NCBI GenBank assembly: GCA_963797095.1
Contig: CAWCNY010000001.1
Location: 192,001 to 256,000 of the forward strand
Length of the DNA: 64,000 bases
Reading direction: 5' to 3'
From: an uncultured Chloroflexia bacterium
GTDB lineage: Bacteria; Chloroflexota; Chloroflexia; QHBQ01; JADMIH01
Positions 54,138 to 63,141 of this stretch are shown here, one piece after another; positions within the stretch are counted from its first letter, which is position 1, and the number at the start of each line of letters is the position of its first letter. The notes beneath the pieces are model-generated. The model had not been told where the DNA came from and did no database searches. It saw only the letters and a list, made by a program, of their open reading frames with translations. Both the position numbers and the translations under genes were made by a program.

Positions 54138-54665
54138 ATGGCTAGGCGAGAGTCGCTCCTCGGTGCGTTGATCAAGGGCGGGCTATCGGGGGTTGTGGGC
54201 ACTGTCGTGCTGACGGTTGCCATGCAGCAAGCACCCCGGTTATTGGAGCGGGCCGAGTTGGATTTACCGCTTGAAGGGGAAACTAGTGGAGCGGGAGGAG
54301 GTGACAACTCGGCGGTGGCGGTCGAGAAGTTGGCCGTAAAGGTGGCACAGAAGGTGTTCGACACGCATTTGACTCGCAAAGAGAAGCAGGCGACGGGACA
54401 GGTGATACACTGGGGATATGGAATCGGGTGGGGTATGCTGTATGGGCTTGTGCAGAACACACTTCGATTGCCGCACGCGCTACATGGCACATTGCTGGCG
54501 GGGTTGATGGGCCTGGCGGCTGCCACCGTGATACCGGGGATGCGGCTGGTGCCGTCGGAGAAGGATCTGCCACCTCAGCGCAGCCTGATGCAGTTCGTCT
54601 ATATCTTGCTATTCGGGTGGTCGACCGCGCTGGTGTTCAGGGTGCTGGCACGCAAGAAGACATAG
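54138..54665 (+). CDS. DUF1440-like membrane protein
   Basis: GGLSGVVGT..LT, IHWGYGIGWGMLYG, several TMs. Confidence 0.65.
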   Translation: MARRESLLGALIKGGLSGVVGTVVLTVAMQQAPRLLERAELDLPLEGETSGAGGGDNSAVAVEKLAVKVAQKVFDTHLTRKEKQATGQVIHWGYGIGWGMLYGLVQNTLRLPHALHGTLLAGLMGLAAATVIPGMRLVPSEKDLPPQRSLMQFVYILLFGWSTALVFRVLARKKT

Positions 54666-56630
54666 CTACTGCCTCAGGGAGGCAATCTCGTCCAGCGCAC
54701 CGGGGTTTTCCAGCGAGGAGAGGTCGCCTGGAGATTCGCCCAGGTAGGCAGCGCGCACCAGTCTGCGAAGGATCTTGCCGTTGCGGGTGCGCGGCAGGTC
54801 GTGCACGAACAGGATCGCGCCTGGCTTGAGGGCCTTGCCCAGGGCCGTTGTGATGTGGGCTTCTATATCGGCTCGGAGTTGTGTGTTGCCCTCATAGTTG
54901 GGTTGTAGGCGAACGAACAGGGCCAGCAATTCGCCTTTGATATCGTCGGGGATGCCGATGGCGGCGGCTTCGGCGATGGTAGGGTGGGAGAGGGCCGCCG
55001 ACTCTACCTCGGCGGGGCCGACCCGCTTGCCAGCCACCTTGATCGTGTCGTCGGAGCGGCCCAGGATGGTCCAGAAGCCATCATAATCCACCTGCGCCCA
55101 GTCGCCATGTACCCATAGACCGGGGTGGCGAGTCCAGTAGGTTTCCAGGTAGCGGGCGGGGTCGCCCCAGAAACCGTGAGTGATGCCGGGCCAGGGGGCG
55201 CGGAGGGCAAGCTCGCCCACGGTACCGCGCACGGAGGCGCCCTGGTGGTCGATTACGTCGGCGGCCATGCCGGGCACAGGCCCGCCGAATGCGCACGGTT
55301 TGGAGGGAAGGAGGGTGCTGCCCGCAAGGATGCCGCCCGACACCTCGGTGCCGCCTGAGTAGTTGATAATGGGTCGTTCGGTCTTGCCCACCACGCGGGA
55401 GTACCAATCCCAGGCGGCAGGGTTCCACGGCTCGCCGGCGCCCGATAGGACTATCAGGCTGGAGAGGTCGTGTTGTGTGGCCCATTGGTCGCCTGCGGTC
55501 ATGAGGGTGCGGATGGCGGTAGGCGCGATGCCCAAATGGGTGATGCGATGGCGCTCCACCATATCCCAAATGCGGTTAGGGTGAGGGTAGTTTATTGCTC
55601 CTTCGTAGAGGAAGCATGTAGCGCCCAGCATGAGCGCACCCGTGATGGACCAGGGGCCCATCATCCAGCCGAGATCGCTGAACCAGAACAGGCGCTCGCC
55701 TGCGTGGAGGTCGAAGCAGTGGGCAAGCTCTTGCGCGGCCTTGACGGGGAATCCGGAATGAACGTGCACCACGCCCTTGGGTTTGCCCGTAGTGCCTGAG
55801 GTGTAGATGATCATGTAGGGGTCGTCGGCGGCGGTGCGTATGGTGTCGCAACGGTCGCTTTGTGCGCTTACGAGATCGTGCCACCGGTGGAAGTTCGTAT
55901 TTCGTACTTCGTACTGCGTATTTTCCCGTCTTTGCACTATCAGGATGGTTTGCAGTTCAGGGGACCGGTTGGCGGCCTCCTGGGCGATGTGGCCCATCGG
56001 GATGTGTTTGCCGTTGCGGAGGAAGCTATCGGCTGTGATCAGCAGTTTGGCCCGGCAATCCTGGAGGCGTCCCGCCACGGCTGACGCGCCGTAGCCTGAA
56101 AAGATTGGCGTGTAGATGGCTCCGATCTTCGAGACGGCGAGCACAGCTATGGCGGTTTCGAGGAGCATGGGCATGAAGATGCCGACACGGTCGCCTTTGC
56201 CTACGCCGAGCGCCTTGAGGGCATTGGCGGCGCGGTTTACTTCTTTGCTTACCTCGGTGTAGGTGAGGGTGCGGGTGTGGTCGTCCTCGCCTTCCCAGAT
56301 GATCGCGGGAGTCGATCCAGGGTGCTTGTCCACGGCGTCATGGACGTAGTTATACTGGCCGTCCACGAACCAGCGCGGCCATTCGACGCCGCCGGTGAGG
56401 TCGAGCACGCGGCTGTAGGGTTTGTAGAACTGGATGTCGAGGTCGCGGATGGTGGCGTCCCAGAACCACTCCATGTCGTTGACCGAGCGCGCTATAAGGT
56501 CAGCGTAGGTGGGGATGCTGTGGGCCAGCATGAAGCGGCGCAGGCGGCTGCGCTCGATGTAGGCGGGGGTGGGACGCCATGTAATCTCTCCAGAGTTGGT
56601 GTCGCTGGCGACGGGTGGCGTGTATGCCAT
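54666..56630 (-). CDS. Acetyl-CoA synthetase-like AMP-binding enzyme
   Basis: YTSGTTGKPKG, HGD, GRSDDTIKVAGKR, LPRTRNGKILRR. Confidence 0.9.
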   Translation of the reverse strand: MAYTPPVASDTNSGEITWRPTPAYIERSRLRRFMLAHSIPTYADLIARSVNDMEWFWDATIRDLDIQFYKPYSRVLDLTGGVEWPRWFVDGQYNYVHDAVDKHPGSTPAIIWEGEDDHTRTLTYTEVSKEVNRAANALKALGVGKGDRVGIFMPMLLETAIAVLAVSKIGAIYTPIFSGYGASAVAGRLQDCRAKLLITADSFLRNGKHIPMGHIAQEAANRSPELQTILIVQRRENTQYEVRNTNFHRWHDLVSAQSDRCDTIRTAADDPYMIIYTSGTTGKPKGVVHVHSGFPVKAAQELAHCFDLHAGERLFWFSDLGWMMGPWSITGALMLGATCFLYEGAINYPHPNRIWDMVERHRITHLGIAPTAIRTLMTAGDQWATQHDLSSLIVLSGAGEPWNPAAWDWYSRVVGKTERPIINYSGGTEVSGGILAGSTLLPSKPCAFGGPVPGMAADVIDHQGASVRGTVGELALRAPWPGITHGFWGDPARYLETYWTRHPGLWVHGDWAQVDYDGFWTILGRSDDTIKVAGKRVGPAEVESAALSHPTIAEAAAIGIPDDIKGELLALFVRLQPNYEGNTQLRADIEAHITTALGKALKPGAILFVHDLPRTRNGKILRRLVRAAYLGESPGDLSSLENPGALDEIASLRQ

Positions 56631-56723
56631 TGAGGTGATTATACGACAGGGAAGGGCGCGTTATGCACCCTTGCCTACCAGGTATCATAGTGGGTTATTT
56701 TTACGCGTTTCAGAAGAAGGGGC

Positions 56724-56752
56724 TTGACTCCAAAGAACATTTGTTCTATACT
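56724..56752 (+). promoter_or_regulatory. Promoter TTGACT-17-TATACT with LexA (SOS) box AGAACATTTGTTCT at 56734-56747
   Basis: GAAC-N4-GTTC palindrome sitting in the spacer against the -10. Confidence 0.85.
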
Positions 56753-56817
56753 GAGTTGCACTCGTTTGGGAAGTGGCAGTGGAAAAAATAATCTCAATCA
56801 CTTGGAGGGCATTTGCG

Positions 56818-57201
56818 ATGGGTAAACACAGTATTGTGCATGTCGAGCTTCCGGCGAACGATCCTGAGGCAGCGGCGGGATTTTACAGCAGCCTTTTCGG
56901 TTGGAAGACCGAATCTTCGGCAACAGGTGGCGGTGCGTACTGGCATTTCAGGCCGGACGACCAGCCGGGCGGTGGGTTCAACCCGGTTGGCACGGAAGGG
57001 ATGATGCAGGTTGAGCCTGGTGACATTTTCATCTACATCTCCACCGACGATATCGAAGCCACCCTGGCAAAAGCCGAGTCGCTGGGGGGCAAGATTCTGA
57101 TGAAGAAGCAGGAGATACCGGGGATGGGTTGGTGGGCTTTGTTCGCTGACCCAACGGGCAACAAGATCGGCGTGTATGCTGACGGGGCCCGGTCCGAATA
57201 G
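56818..57201 (+). CDS. VOC/glyoxalase-bleomycin-resistance family protein
   Basis: IVHVELPA.D..AA.GFY..LFGW, DDIEATL, DPTGN. Confidence 0.88.
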   Translation: MGKHSIVHVELPANDPEAAAGFYSSLFGWKTESSATGGGAYWHFRPDDQPGGGFNPVGTEGMMQVEPGDIFIYISTDDIEATLAKAESLGGKILMKKQEIPGMGWWALFADPTGNKIGVYADGARSE

Positions 57202-57258
57202 TCGCGCGTGCGAGCATGTGGTGCTCTACGAGGCGGCCTTCTGGGGTCGCCTTATCAG

Positions 57259-58146
57259 TTATGCGATGAGTTGAATGGCTCGTAGTATCCCTGTGGCGAC
57301 TGACCTGCCAGTGCTGTTGCCCACTGCCAGGAGGCGCTGGGAAGGGGCCAGCACATCGTCGCGACGGCCAGCCAGCAAGGCCGCTCCCAACTCCATGGCG
57401 GGCGCGTAAAGAAGACCTTCGCCCGCGTGCCACAGGAGGCGCGCGCTGACCTTGTTCGTGATCCTGGGAGCAACCTCTCGCACAGCCTGCACAAGCTGTT
57501 GGAGGACGCCGGTGTCGAGCTTGCCGAGGTTTGCCCACCAGACCAGGGAGGCGAGCAATCCCATCGCGAGATCGTCGCCTTCGGGGGTTAGCCCTTCACC
57601 CGTGCCGAGCAGAGAGCAGATAGCCACTGCTGCCCGCTCTATTTGCTGCGTGCGCATGGCCTGGAGAAAAGCGTGTAGGGCTTCGCCAATCCTGCCTTTA
57701 GACCTGGATGCGTCTTGCGGCTGGGTCACGGATAGGAACCAGGCCAGGCGGTAAGCTGCCGCTTGCCGGGCCTCAGCAGGGCCGAGCCTGGAGGGTAAAA
57801 GGGGAGATCGTGTCTCAAAGGGTAATAGAGGGGACCAGGGGAGGGCGTTCGCCCACAATATGTGGGCGGCCCCGCCGATGGTGAGTGAGTGGAGGGTTAC
57901 GGTAAATTCAGCTCCGTCGACCACATCGGGAGAGGATCGGAGAGTATCAAACGAGGGAACGCGCATGGTAAGCGGTCCATCTACTGCATCCCCGTGGGCA
58001 ATGCAGACGACATATCCCTGAGGGTCCTCAATGTAGATAGCGTCTTTCAGCAGCGCGAGCACGCGCCCGCCTGGGTCTGAGGAGTTGCGGAGGAGGTAGA
58101 CCTCAGGGCCGAGGGTGCTAGCCTGCACCCAGATGTTATTTTCCAA
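57259..58146 (-). CDS. DUF2877 (YlbF/AllH-like) protein
   Basis: LLGTGEGLTPEGDD...G and VGNSTG motifs; last gene of the fdrA operon. Confidence 0.8.
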   Translation of the reverse strand: MENNIWVQASTLGPEVYLLRNSSDPGGRVLALLKDAIYIEDPQGYVVCIAHGDAVDGPLTMRVPSFDTLRSSPDVVDGAEFTVTLHSLTIGGAAHILWANALPWSPLLPFETRSPLLPSRLGPAEARQAAAYRLAWFLSVTQPQDASRSKGRIGEALHAFLQAMRTQQIERAAVAICSLLGTGEGLTPEGDDLAMGLLASLVWWANLGKLDTGVLQQLVQAVREVAPRITNKVSARLLWHAGEGLLYAPAMELGAALLAGRRDDVLAPSQRLLAVGNSTGRSVATGILRAIQLIA

Positions 58147-58981
58147 GCCGGTTGAGGATGATTCCCTCACGGAGCTTATCGGGCAGCACGCGGAGGACTT
58201 CACCTATGCGGGCCATTGGGCCTACCAGATAGCGGGCTTTGGGCCTGGGACTGGTGAGGGCGCGAACCACGGCCTTGCCTACCTCCTGCACCGGGGCACC
58301 GTTTTGCTCGTTATCTTCTGCCATGGAGCGCATAGACTTTATCACGGGGCCGTACAGAGTGAAAGTTTCGGGGGGCAACTGCTCGGATATGCGGTCGCCC
58401 TCGGCGAGGGCTTTGCGCCAGATGGGGGTAGCGACGCCCGTCGGTGTGATGTAGGCGACGTGGATGCCCCAGGGGTGCAGCTCCATGCGGAGGATGTTGG
58501 TGAGGGCGTCGAGGGCGAACTTGGATGCGCAATAGGCTCCGAGGAGGGGTGTGGAGATTCGCCCGCTCACCGAGCCGATATTTACAATGCGGCCACGTGC
58601 CTTGCGCAGGAGAGGCACGAATGCCTGCGTCACGGCTAACTGGCCGATGACGTTCACATCAAGCTGGTGGCGGAACTCTTCGAGCGGGAGGAACTCAAGA
58701 GGCCCGGCTACGGCTATACCCGCGTTGTTCACCAGGCCGTCAAGCCCGTCTTCGCCCACCACCCCTTCAATCGTGCGGGCTGCCTGGGCGATGGCGTCGC
58801 TATCGGTCACGTCCAGGTAAACGGGGATCAGGCGGTCTTTATCGCGCACTTTGGCGCGGAGGGCTTCGCCGTCTTGGGCGCTGCGCACGCTGGCGAAGAC
58901 GTGCCAGCCGTGTCTGTAGAGCCGGAGGGCGCACTCCTTGCCGATACCGGACGATGCACCTGTGACAAGCACTGTGGGCAT
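58136..58981 (-). CDS. Short-chain dehydrogenase/reductase
   Basis: TGASSGIG, NNAG, YCASK. Confidence 0.92.
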   Translation of the reverse strand: MPTVLVTGASSGIGKECALRLYRHGWHVFASVRSAQDGEALRAKVRDKDRLIPVYLDVTDSDAIAQAARTIEGVVGEDGLDGLVNNAGIAVAGPLEFLPLEEFRHQLDVNVIGQLAVTQAFVPLLRKARGRIVNIGSVSGRISTPLLGAYCASKFALDALTNILRMELHPWGIHVAYITPTGVATPIWRKALAEGDRISEQLPPETFTLYGPVIKSMRSMAEDNEQNGAPVQEVGKAVVRALTSPRPKARYLVGPMARIGEVLRVLPDKLREGIILNRLGK

Positions 58982-58989
58982 AGAATTTC

Positions 58990-60441
58990 CTATTGAGTGA
59001 GCAAGGCGCTTTCGGCGAGGGCTTTGAGCGCGCCGGTGAAGCAGGACATGGGTGGGTTGACCAGACCAGCACCCACCTGGCCGATGCCTGCCTCTTTATG
59101 GGCGATACCTGTATTGATGATAGGGAGCGTACCGGTGTCGAGCACGCGGCGCACGTCGATGCCGGTGGCAGTGCCCGCGAAGCCGAGGGGAGGAAGGGTC
59201 CACTGGGGGTTGCGGGTGACGGTGATAGTGTACATCAACTCGGTGAAGGCTACCGCATCGGCGGGCGTGCCACCGACCACTTTGACCACAGCGGGAGCAC
59301 CACCCATCGCGAAGCCTCCCAGCCCGGCGGTCTCGGTGATGGCGCTGTCGCCGATGTCGCCCGCAGCATCGTCCTCGGTGAAGCCGGGCAGGTAAAGACC
59401 TTTAGGCGATCCGGCCGGGCCTGTGAACCACCTGTCGCCGGTGCCGCTCACCCGGATGCCGAAGTCCACGCCGTTACGCGCCATCGCGGTGACTACGCTG
59501 CTGAAGGGTATGCCGTGGCCGGCATCGAGCATGGCTTTGCAAGCGGCCATTGCGAGGTTCAAGAAGAAGTAATTGTTAGCGGCAATCGGGTCGAGGGCGG
59601 AGGCGGCGCGCTCGCGGTCTTCGAGGGCGCGGATGAGGGCCGGGGCTATCGACTTGAATAAGAGAGAGGTGGCGGCGATGTGGCGGTTGTGCAGTTCATC
59701 GCCCATCTGGAGCGCCTGGGCCATAATCGGCTTAAGGGAGAGGCCGCCGAGGGCGTGGATGCCCGCCCGGAGGGTAGGGCCGAGCACGTCGCACATCCAG
59801 CGCAGGCGGGCCAGCACCTCAGGGGCGAAAGCGCCGTAGCGAAGCACCTTGCCCATCCCCTCGTTGAGAGAGGAATAGGAGAGGTTGCCATGTGTGGCAT
59901 TGCGAACCACGAACATCGGCATGCAAGGGGACACCAGTCCGGCCATAGGGCCGACCGCGCCGTAGTGATGGCAGGGGGCGAAACGGACGCCGCCACTTGC
60001 GGCGAGATGGCGGGCGGCCCGTTCGTCGGGCGCCCAGCCTTCGAGGAGGATCGCGCCCATGACCGCGCCCTGCATTGGGCCACACATGCGCTCCCACTCG
60101 ATGGGCGGGCCGGAGTGGAACAAGAGGTATTCGTCCATCTCAGGCCAGATCTCGCGGGCGGGGCGCACATCTTCCCAAACGGGGTCGGCGGCGAGGATTC
60201 GCGATACGGCTTCCTGGTTGGCGGCGCTGATGCGGGCACCTGGAGCATCGGGCGTGGTTTCATCGAGAAGGAGGGCAAGCAACCGCCCCAACTCAGGGTC
60301 GCCCCCGGCGGGAGGCTGCCAATCGACGTGCAGGTGCGGAGCGCCTAGCTCTGCCAGGGTGTCGGCGAAGGTGCGCACACCGATGTTGAGCACGCGCGGC
60401 CCCTCGTGAAGGAGTAAGGATGTTTTGTCAGGTGATGCCAT
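58990..60441 (-). CDS. DUF1116 (YlbE/YahG/AllG-like) protein
   Basis: W.PPAGGD, HSGPPI.W..MCGPMQGA, MGDELHNR, GDSAITE, INTGIAH. Confidence 0.9.
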   Translation of the reverse strand: MASPDKTSLLLHEGPRVLNIGVRTFADTLAELGAPHLHVDWQPPAGGDPELGRLLALLLDETTPDAPGARISAANQEAVSRILAADPVWEDVRPAREIWPEMDEYLLFHSGPPIEWERMCGPMQGAVMGAILLEGWAPDERAARHLAASGGVRFAPCHHYGAVGPMAGLVSPCMPMFVVRNATHGNLSYSSLNEGMGKVLRYGAFAPEVLARLRWMCDVLGPTLRAGIHALGGLSLKPIMAQALQMGDELHNRHIAATSLLFKSIAPALIRALEDRERAASALDPIAANNYFFLNLAMAACKAMLDAGHGIPFSSVVTAMARNGVDFGIRVSGTGDRWFTGPAGSPKGLYLPGFTEDDAAGDIGDSAITETAGLGGFAMGGAPAVVKVVGGTPADAVAFTELMYTITVTRNPQWTLPPLGFAGTATGIDVRRVLDTGTLPIINTGIAHKEAGIGQVGAGLVNPPMSCFTGALKALAESALLTQ

Positions 60442-60453
60442 CTCTACTCCTTT

Positions 60454-62025
60454 CTAGGAGTTGAGGGTCGAAGGCCGGGCGAAAATCCCGGCCAGGCGGG
60501 CTGCCGCGGCGTTGCTTGGCGCGACGAGAGCGTCGACCGCTTCAAACCGCTCTTTTTGAGCTACATATCCCTGAAGGTCTTGATCGGTGCCGCAAATTGA
60601 TGCGATTACGGGTAAGGTGCGGCCAGCCTTGTTCGCGGCTGCCTTCGCGTGGCGGATTGCGGGGGCGAGTACCCCTGCCGGATCGGGGTGAGCGCCGTAG
60701 CCCAGCACTACGTCGAGCAGGATGACCGCAGTTTGAGGGTCGTCGGCTTCCAGTTGGATTCTCTCGGCGCGGGCGGTCATGTCGATCATGGGGTGAGGGC
60801 GGCCAACCGTGAATTCGTCAGCGCCCATGTCCAGGCAGACATGGCGATTCTGGATCGCGGACTTTGGATTTTGGATTGAAAGTTTGTGCTCCGGCTGCAA
60901 TGGCGCGTTCGAGTAGATGGGGCCCAGCAGCGGTTGGAGTAGAAGCATGGCTTCATAGCAGAATGTACCGCCTGAGAAGAGACCTCGCACGTAGCGTTGG
61001 CCGGGTGCAAGCTCGTTGCGGACGGTGTCGGCGGAACTGGTGTCCGGGGCATCTTCGCGTGGTGGGATGCCTCCCGATAGGATGCGAATGGCCTGCCGGG
61101 CGGCGTCTTCGAGGGTGGTGGTGCAGGTGAGGTTTGGGGCTGGCCCATTGCCTTGCGGGATATCGAGGCCGAGGAAGCAGACGACTATGGGCTTGCCCGA
61201 CTCGGTGGCAGCTTGCCGGACCTTATCGGCTACTGCCGGGTCGGGGGGCTTGGACACCAGTACGATCACTTTGGTGGAAGGATCGTCGCGCAGGGCCGCA
61301 AGCGCCGCGAGAGTGGTGAGCGCTCCCACGCGGGCCGACAGGTCGCGGCTGCCGGTGCCGATGGCGTGCGAGATGCCGCCACCGTAGCGATCCACAAGGG
61401 AGGTTATCTCCTGCATGCCGGTGCCCGAAGCACCCACAACGCCTACAGGTCCACGGCGCACCGCATTGGCGAAGCCGAGGGGAACCCCACCGATGATGGC
61501 GGTGCCGCAATCGGGGCCGAGCAGGAGGAGACCGCGTGCGATGGCGGACTGTTTCAGCCTGATCTCGTCCTCGATAGGCACGTTGTCGCTGAAGATCATT
61601 ACATGGCGGTCTGCGGCCAGGGCTTTTTGCGCTTCGGCTGCGGCGTAAATGCCGGGGGTGGAGATCAGCACAAAGTTTGTATCGGGGAACGCCGCGAGGC
61701 CTGAGGATAGTGAATGGGGAGTGCGCGCACCCGGCTGGTCGCTTGCTGCTGTGCCTTGAGTGCGTAGGAGATCGTCCACGTGAGCGGAGGCGTGCTCGAT
61801 TGCATCCTCGCTGCCGCGAAGGGCTATGATCAAATCGTTTGGCCCGGCGGCCTGCCCATCGGAGGTCAGGAGTGAGGCCTCTGAGAGGATTTCTTTGTTG
61901 GGATCAGTGCCCATCATAAGGGCCGCGTCCTCGATCCCGGAGGTGTCACGCAGCCGTACCGCCACCTGCATAAGGGTAACGGAATCCTGGTACCGGTTCT
62001 TCTGTATGAAGTTTGCCGTCTTCAC
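60454..62025 (-). CDS. fdrA: Acyl-CoA synthetase-like FdrA (AllF-like)
   Basis: YQDSVTLM, FSDNV, GPDCGT, GASGTG.QE, GRPHPMID; GTG start after GGAGGA. Confidence 0.9.
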   Translation of the reverse strand: MKTANFIQKNRYQDSVTLMQVAVRLRDTSGIEDAALMMGTDPNKEILSEASLLTSDGQAAGPNDLIIALRGSEDAIEHASAHVDDLLRTQGTAASDQPGARTPHSLSSGLAAFPDTNFVLISTPGIYAAAEAQKALAADRHVMIFSDNVPIEDEIRLKQSAIARGLLLLGPDCGTAIIGGVPLGFANAVRRGPVGVVGASGTGMQEITSLVDRYGGGISHAIGTGSRDLSARVGALTTLAALAALRDDPSTKVIVLVSKPPDPAVADKVRQAATESGKPIVVCFLGLDIPQGNGPAPNLTCTTTLEDAARQAIRILSGGIPPREDAPDTSSADTVRNELAPGQRYVRGLFSGGTFCYEAMLLLQPLLGPIYSNAPLQPEHKLSIQNPKSAIQNRHVCLDMGADEFTVGRPHPMIDMTARAERIQLEADDPQTAVILLDVVLGYGAHPDPAGVLAPAIRHAKAAANKAGRTLPVIASICGTDQDLQGYVAQKERFEAVDALVAPSNAAAARLAGIFARPSTLNS

Positions 62026-62219
62026 GTGAGCAGTCCTCCGCGCCCAGTATATCACAAGGTGTGGTGGTACAGTCACGGGATGTTAACCGTTTTTTCACCT
62101 GCATGTACCTGACTTTCAACCTGAAACGCTTATTCTAAACATAGATGGCGAGTATCGCCGGGCATATCACTGATGACGTTACTGAGGACGCGGCGGAAGT
62201 AAGGGAGAGAAATAAGACC

Positions 62220-62708
62220 ATGAAAATAGAGATTATTGTCAAGGAGTGGATGTCGCAGCCGGTGAAGGTTGTTCACAGCGACACCCGGGTAGCTGATGCT
62301 TATAACCTCATGATGGAGAAGGGGATCCGCCGGTTGCCGGTGGTAGACGACGGGAAACTGGTCGGCATTGTGACGTTGGGCGACCTGCGCGAGGCGCGCC
62401 CCTCACCGGCCACCAGTCTCAGCATATATGAGTTGAACTATCTGCTCTCAAAGCTGACGGTGGGGCAGGTTATGACCCACAACCCATACACTGTTACCCC
62501 AGAAACGCCGATCCCGCAGGTTGCGCGCATCATGCTTGAGCGCAAGGTGAGCGGGCTGCCTGTGGTCGACAAGGAAAAGAGGCCGGTGGGCATAATCACA
62601 GAGTCGGACATCTTCCGCATGCTGATCGACCAATGGGACTACTTCACAATGCAGCACGTCGACCCCGGCTTTGTAGCATCTTTGATCGCGGAAGAAGCGA
62701 ACGCGTGA
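62220..62708 (+). CDS. CBS-pair protein (AcuB-like)
   Basis: IRRLPVVD..LVGIVT, SPATSLSIYELNYLL, GIITESD. Confidence 0.88.
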   Translation: MKIEIIVKEWMSQPVKVVHSDTRVADAYNLMMEKGIRRLPVVDDGKLVGIVTLGDLREARPSPATSLSIYELNYLLSKLTVGQVMTHNPYTVTPETPIPQVARIMLERKVSGLPVVDKEKRPVGIITESDIFRMLIDQWDYFTMQHVDPGFVASLIAEEANA

Positions 62709-62746
62709 CGAGTGACGAGTGACGAGTGTCACGGATCACGTATCAC
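62704..62746 (+). repeat. Heptamer array (GACGAGT)x3 then CACGGAT/CACGTAT
   Basis: Begins in the TGA stop of the CBS gene. Confidence 0.85.
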
Positions 62747-62768
62747 TTTCACAGGCCGGAGGAGAGCT

Positions 62769-63074
62769 ATGGCAGTGTGCTTGAAGGACCTGTATGAAGA
62801 AACCGTAGCATCCCAGTTGAAGGTATGGGACGACGAGATCGAGCACCTGGACGCCAGGGCCGATATTTTGCTTGCACAGGTCGAAGACAGGTATTACTGC
62901 CTGATCAGGCATCTCCGCGTGAAGGAACGGGAGCTTCGGACAAAGCTCAACGAACTGAGAGTGGCGAAGGGCGACGACTGGGAGGGATATAAAGCCGAAC
63001 TGGCCCGGATCACTTCCGAGCTAAGAGACGAGATTGCCCTTGCAGTGCATGAGATCGACCTGGCACACTGTTAG
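62769..63074 (+). CDS. Hypothetical coiled-coil stress-type protein
   Basis: GGAG RBS; QLK.WD.EI..L.A.A ... W...K helical pattern. Confidence 0.65.
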   Translation: MAVCLKDLYEETVASQLKVWDDEIEHLDARADILLAQVEDRYYCLIRHLRVKERELRTKLNELRVAKGDDWEGYKAELARITSELRDEIALAVHEIDLAHC

Positions 63075-63141
63075 TAAACCGCCGGCATCTATACGGCAAC
63101 AGAGGAAATCGCAAAAGCTGGCATGAACGGAGGAAAATAAG

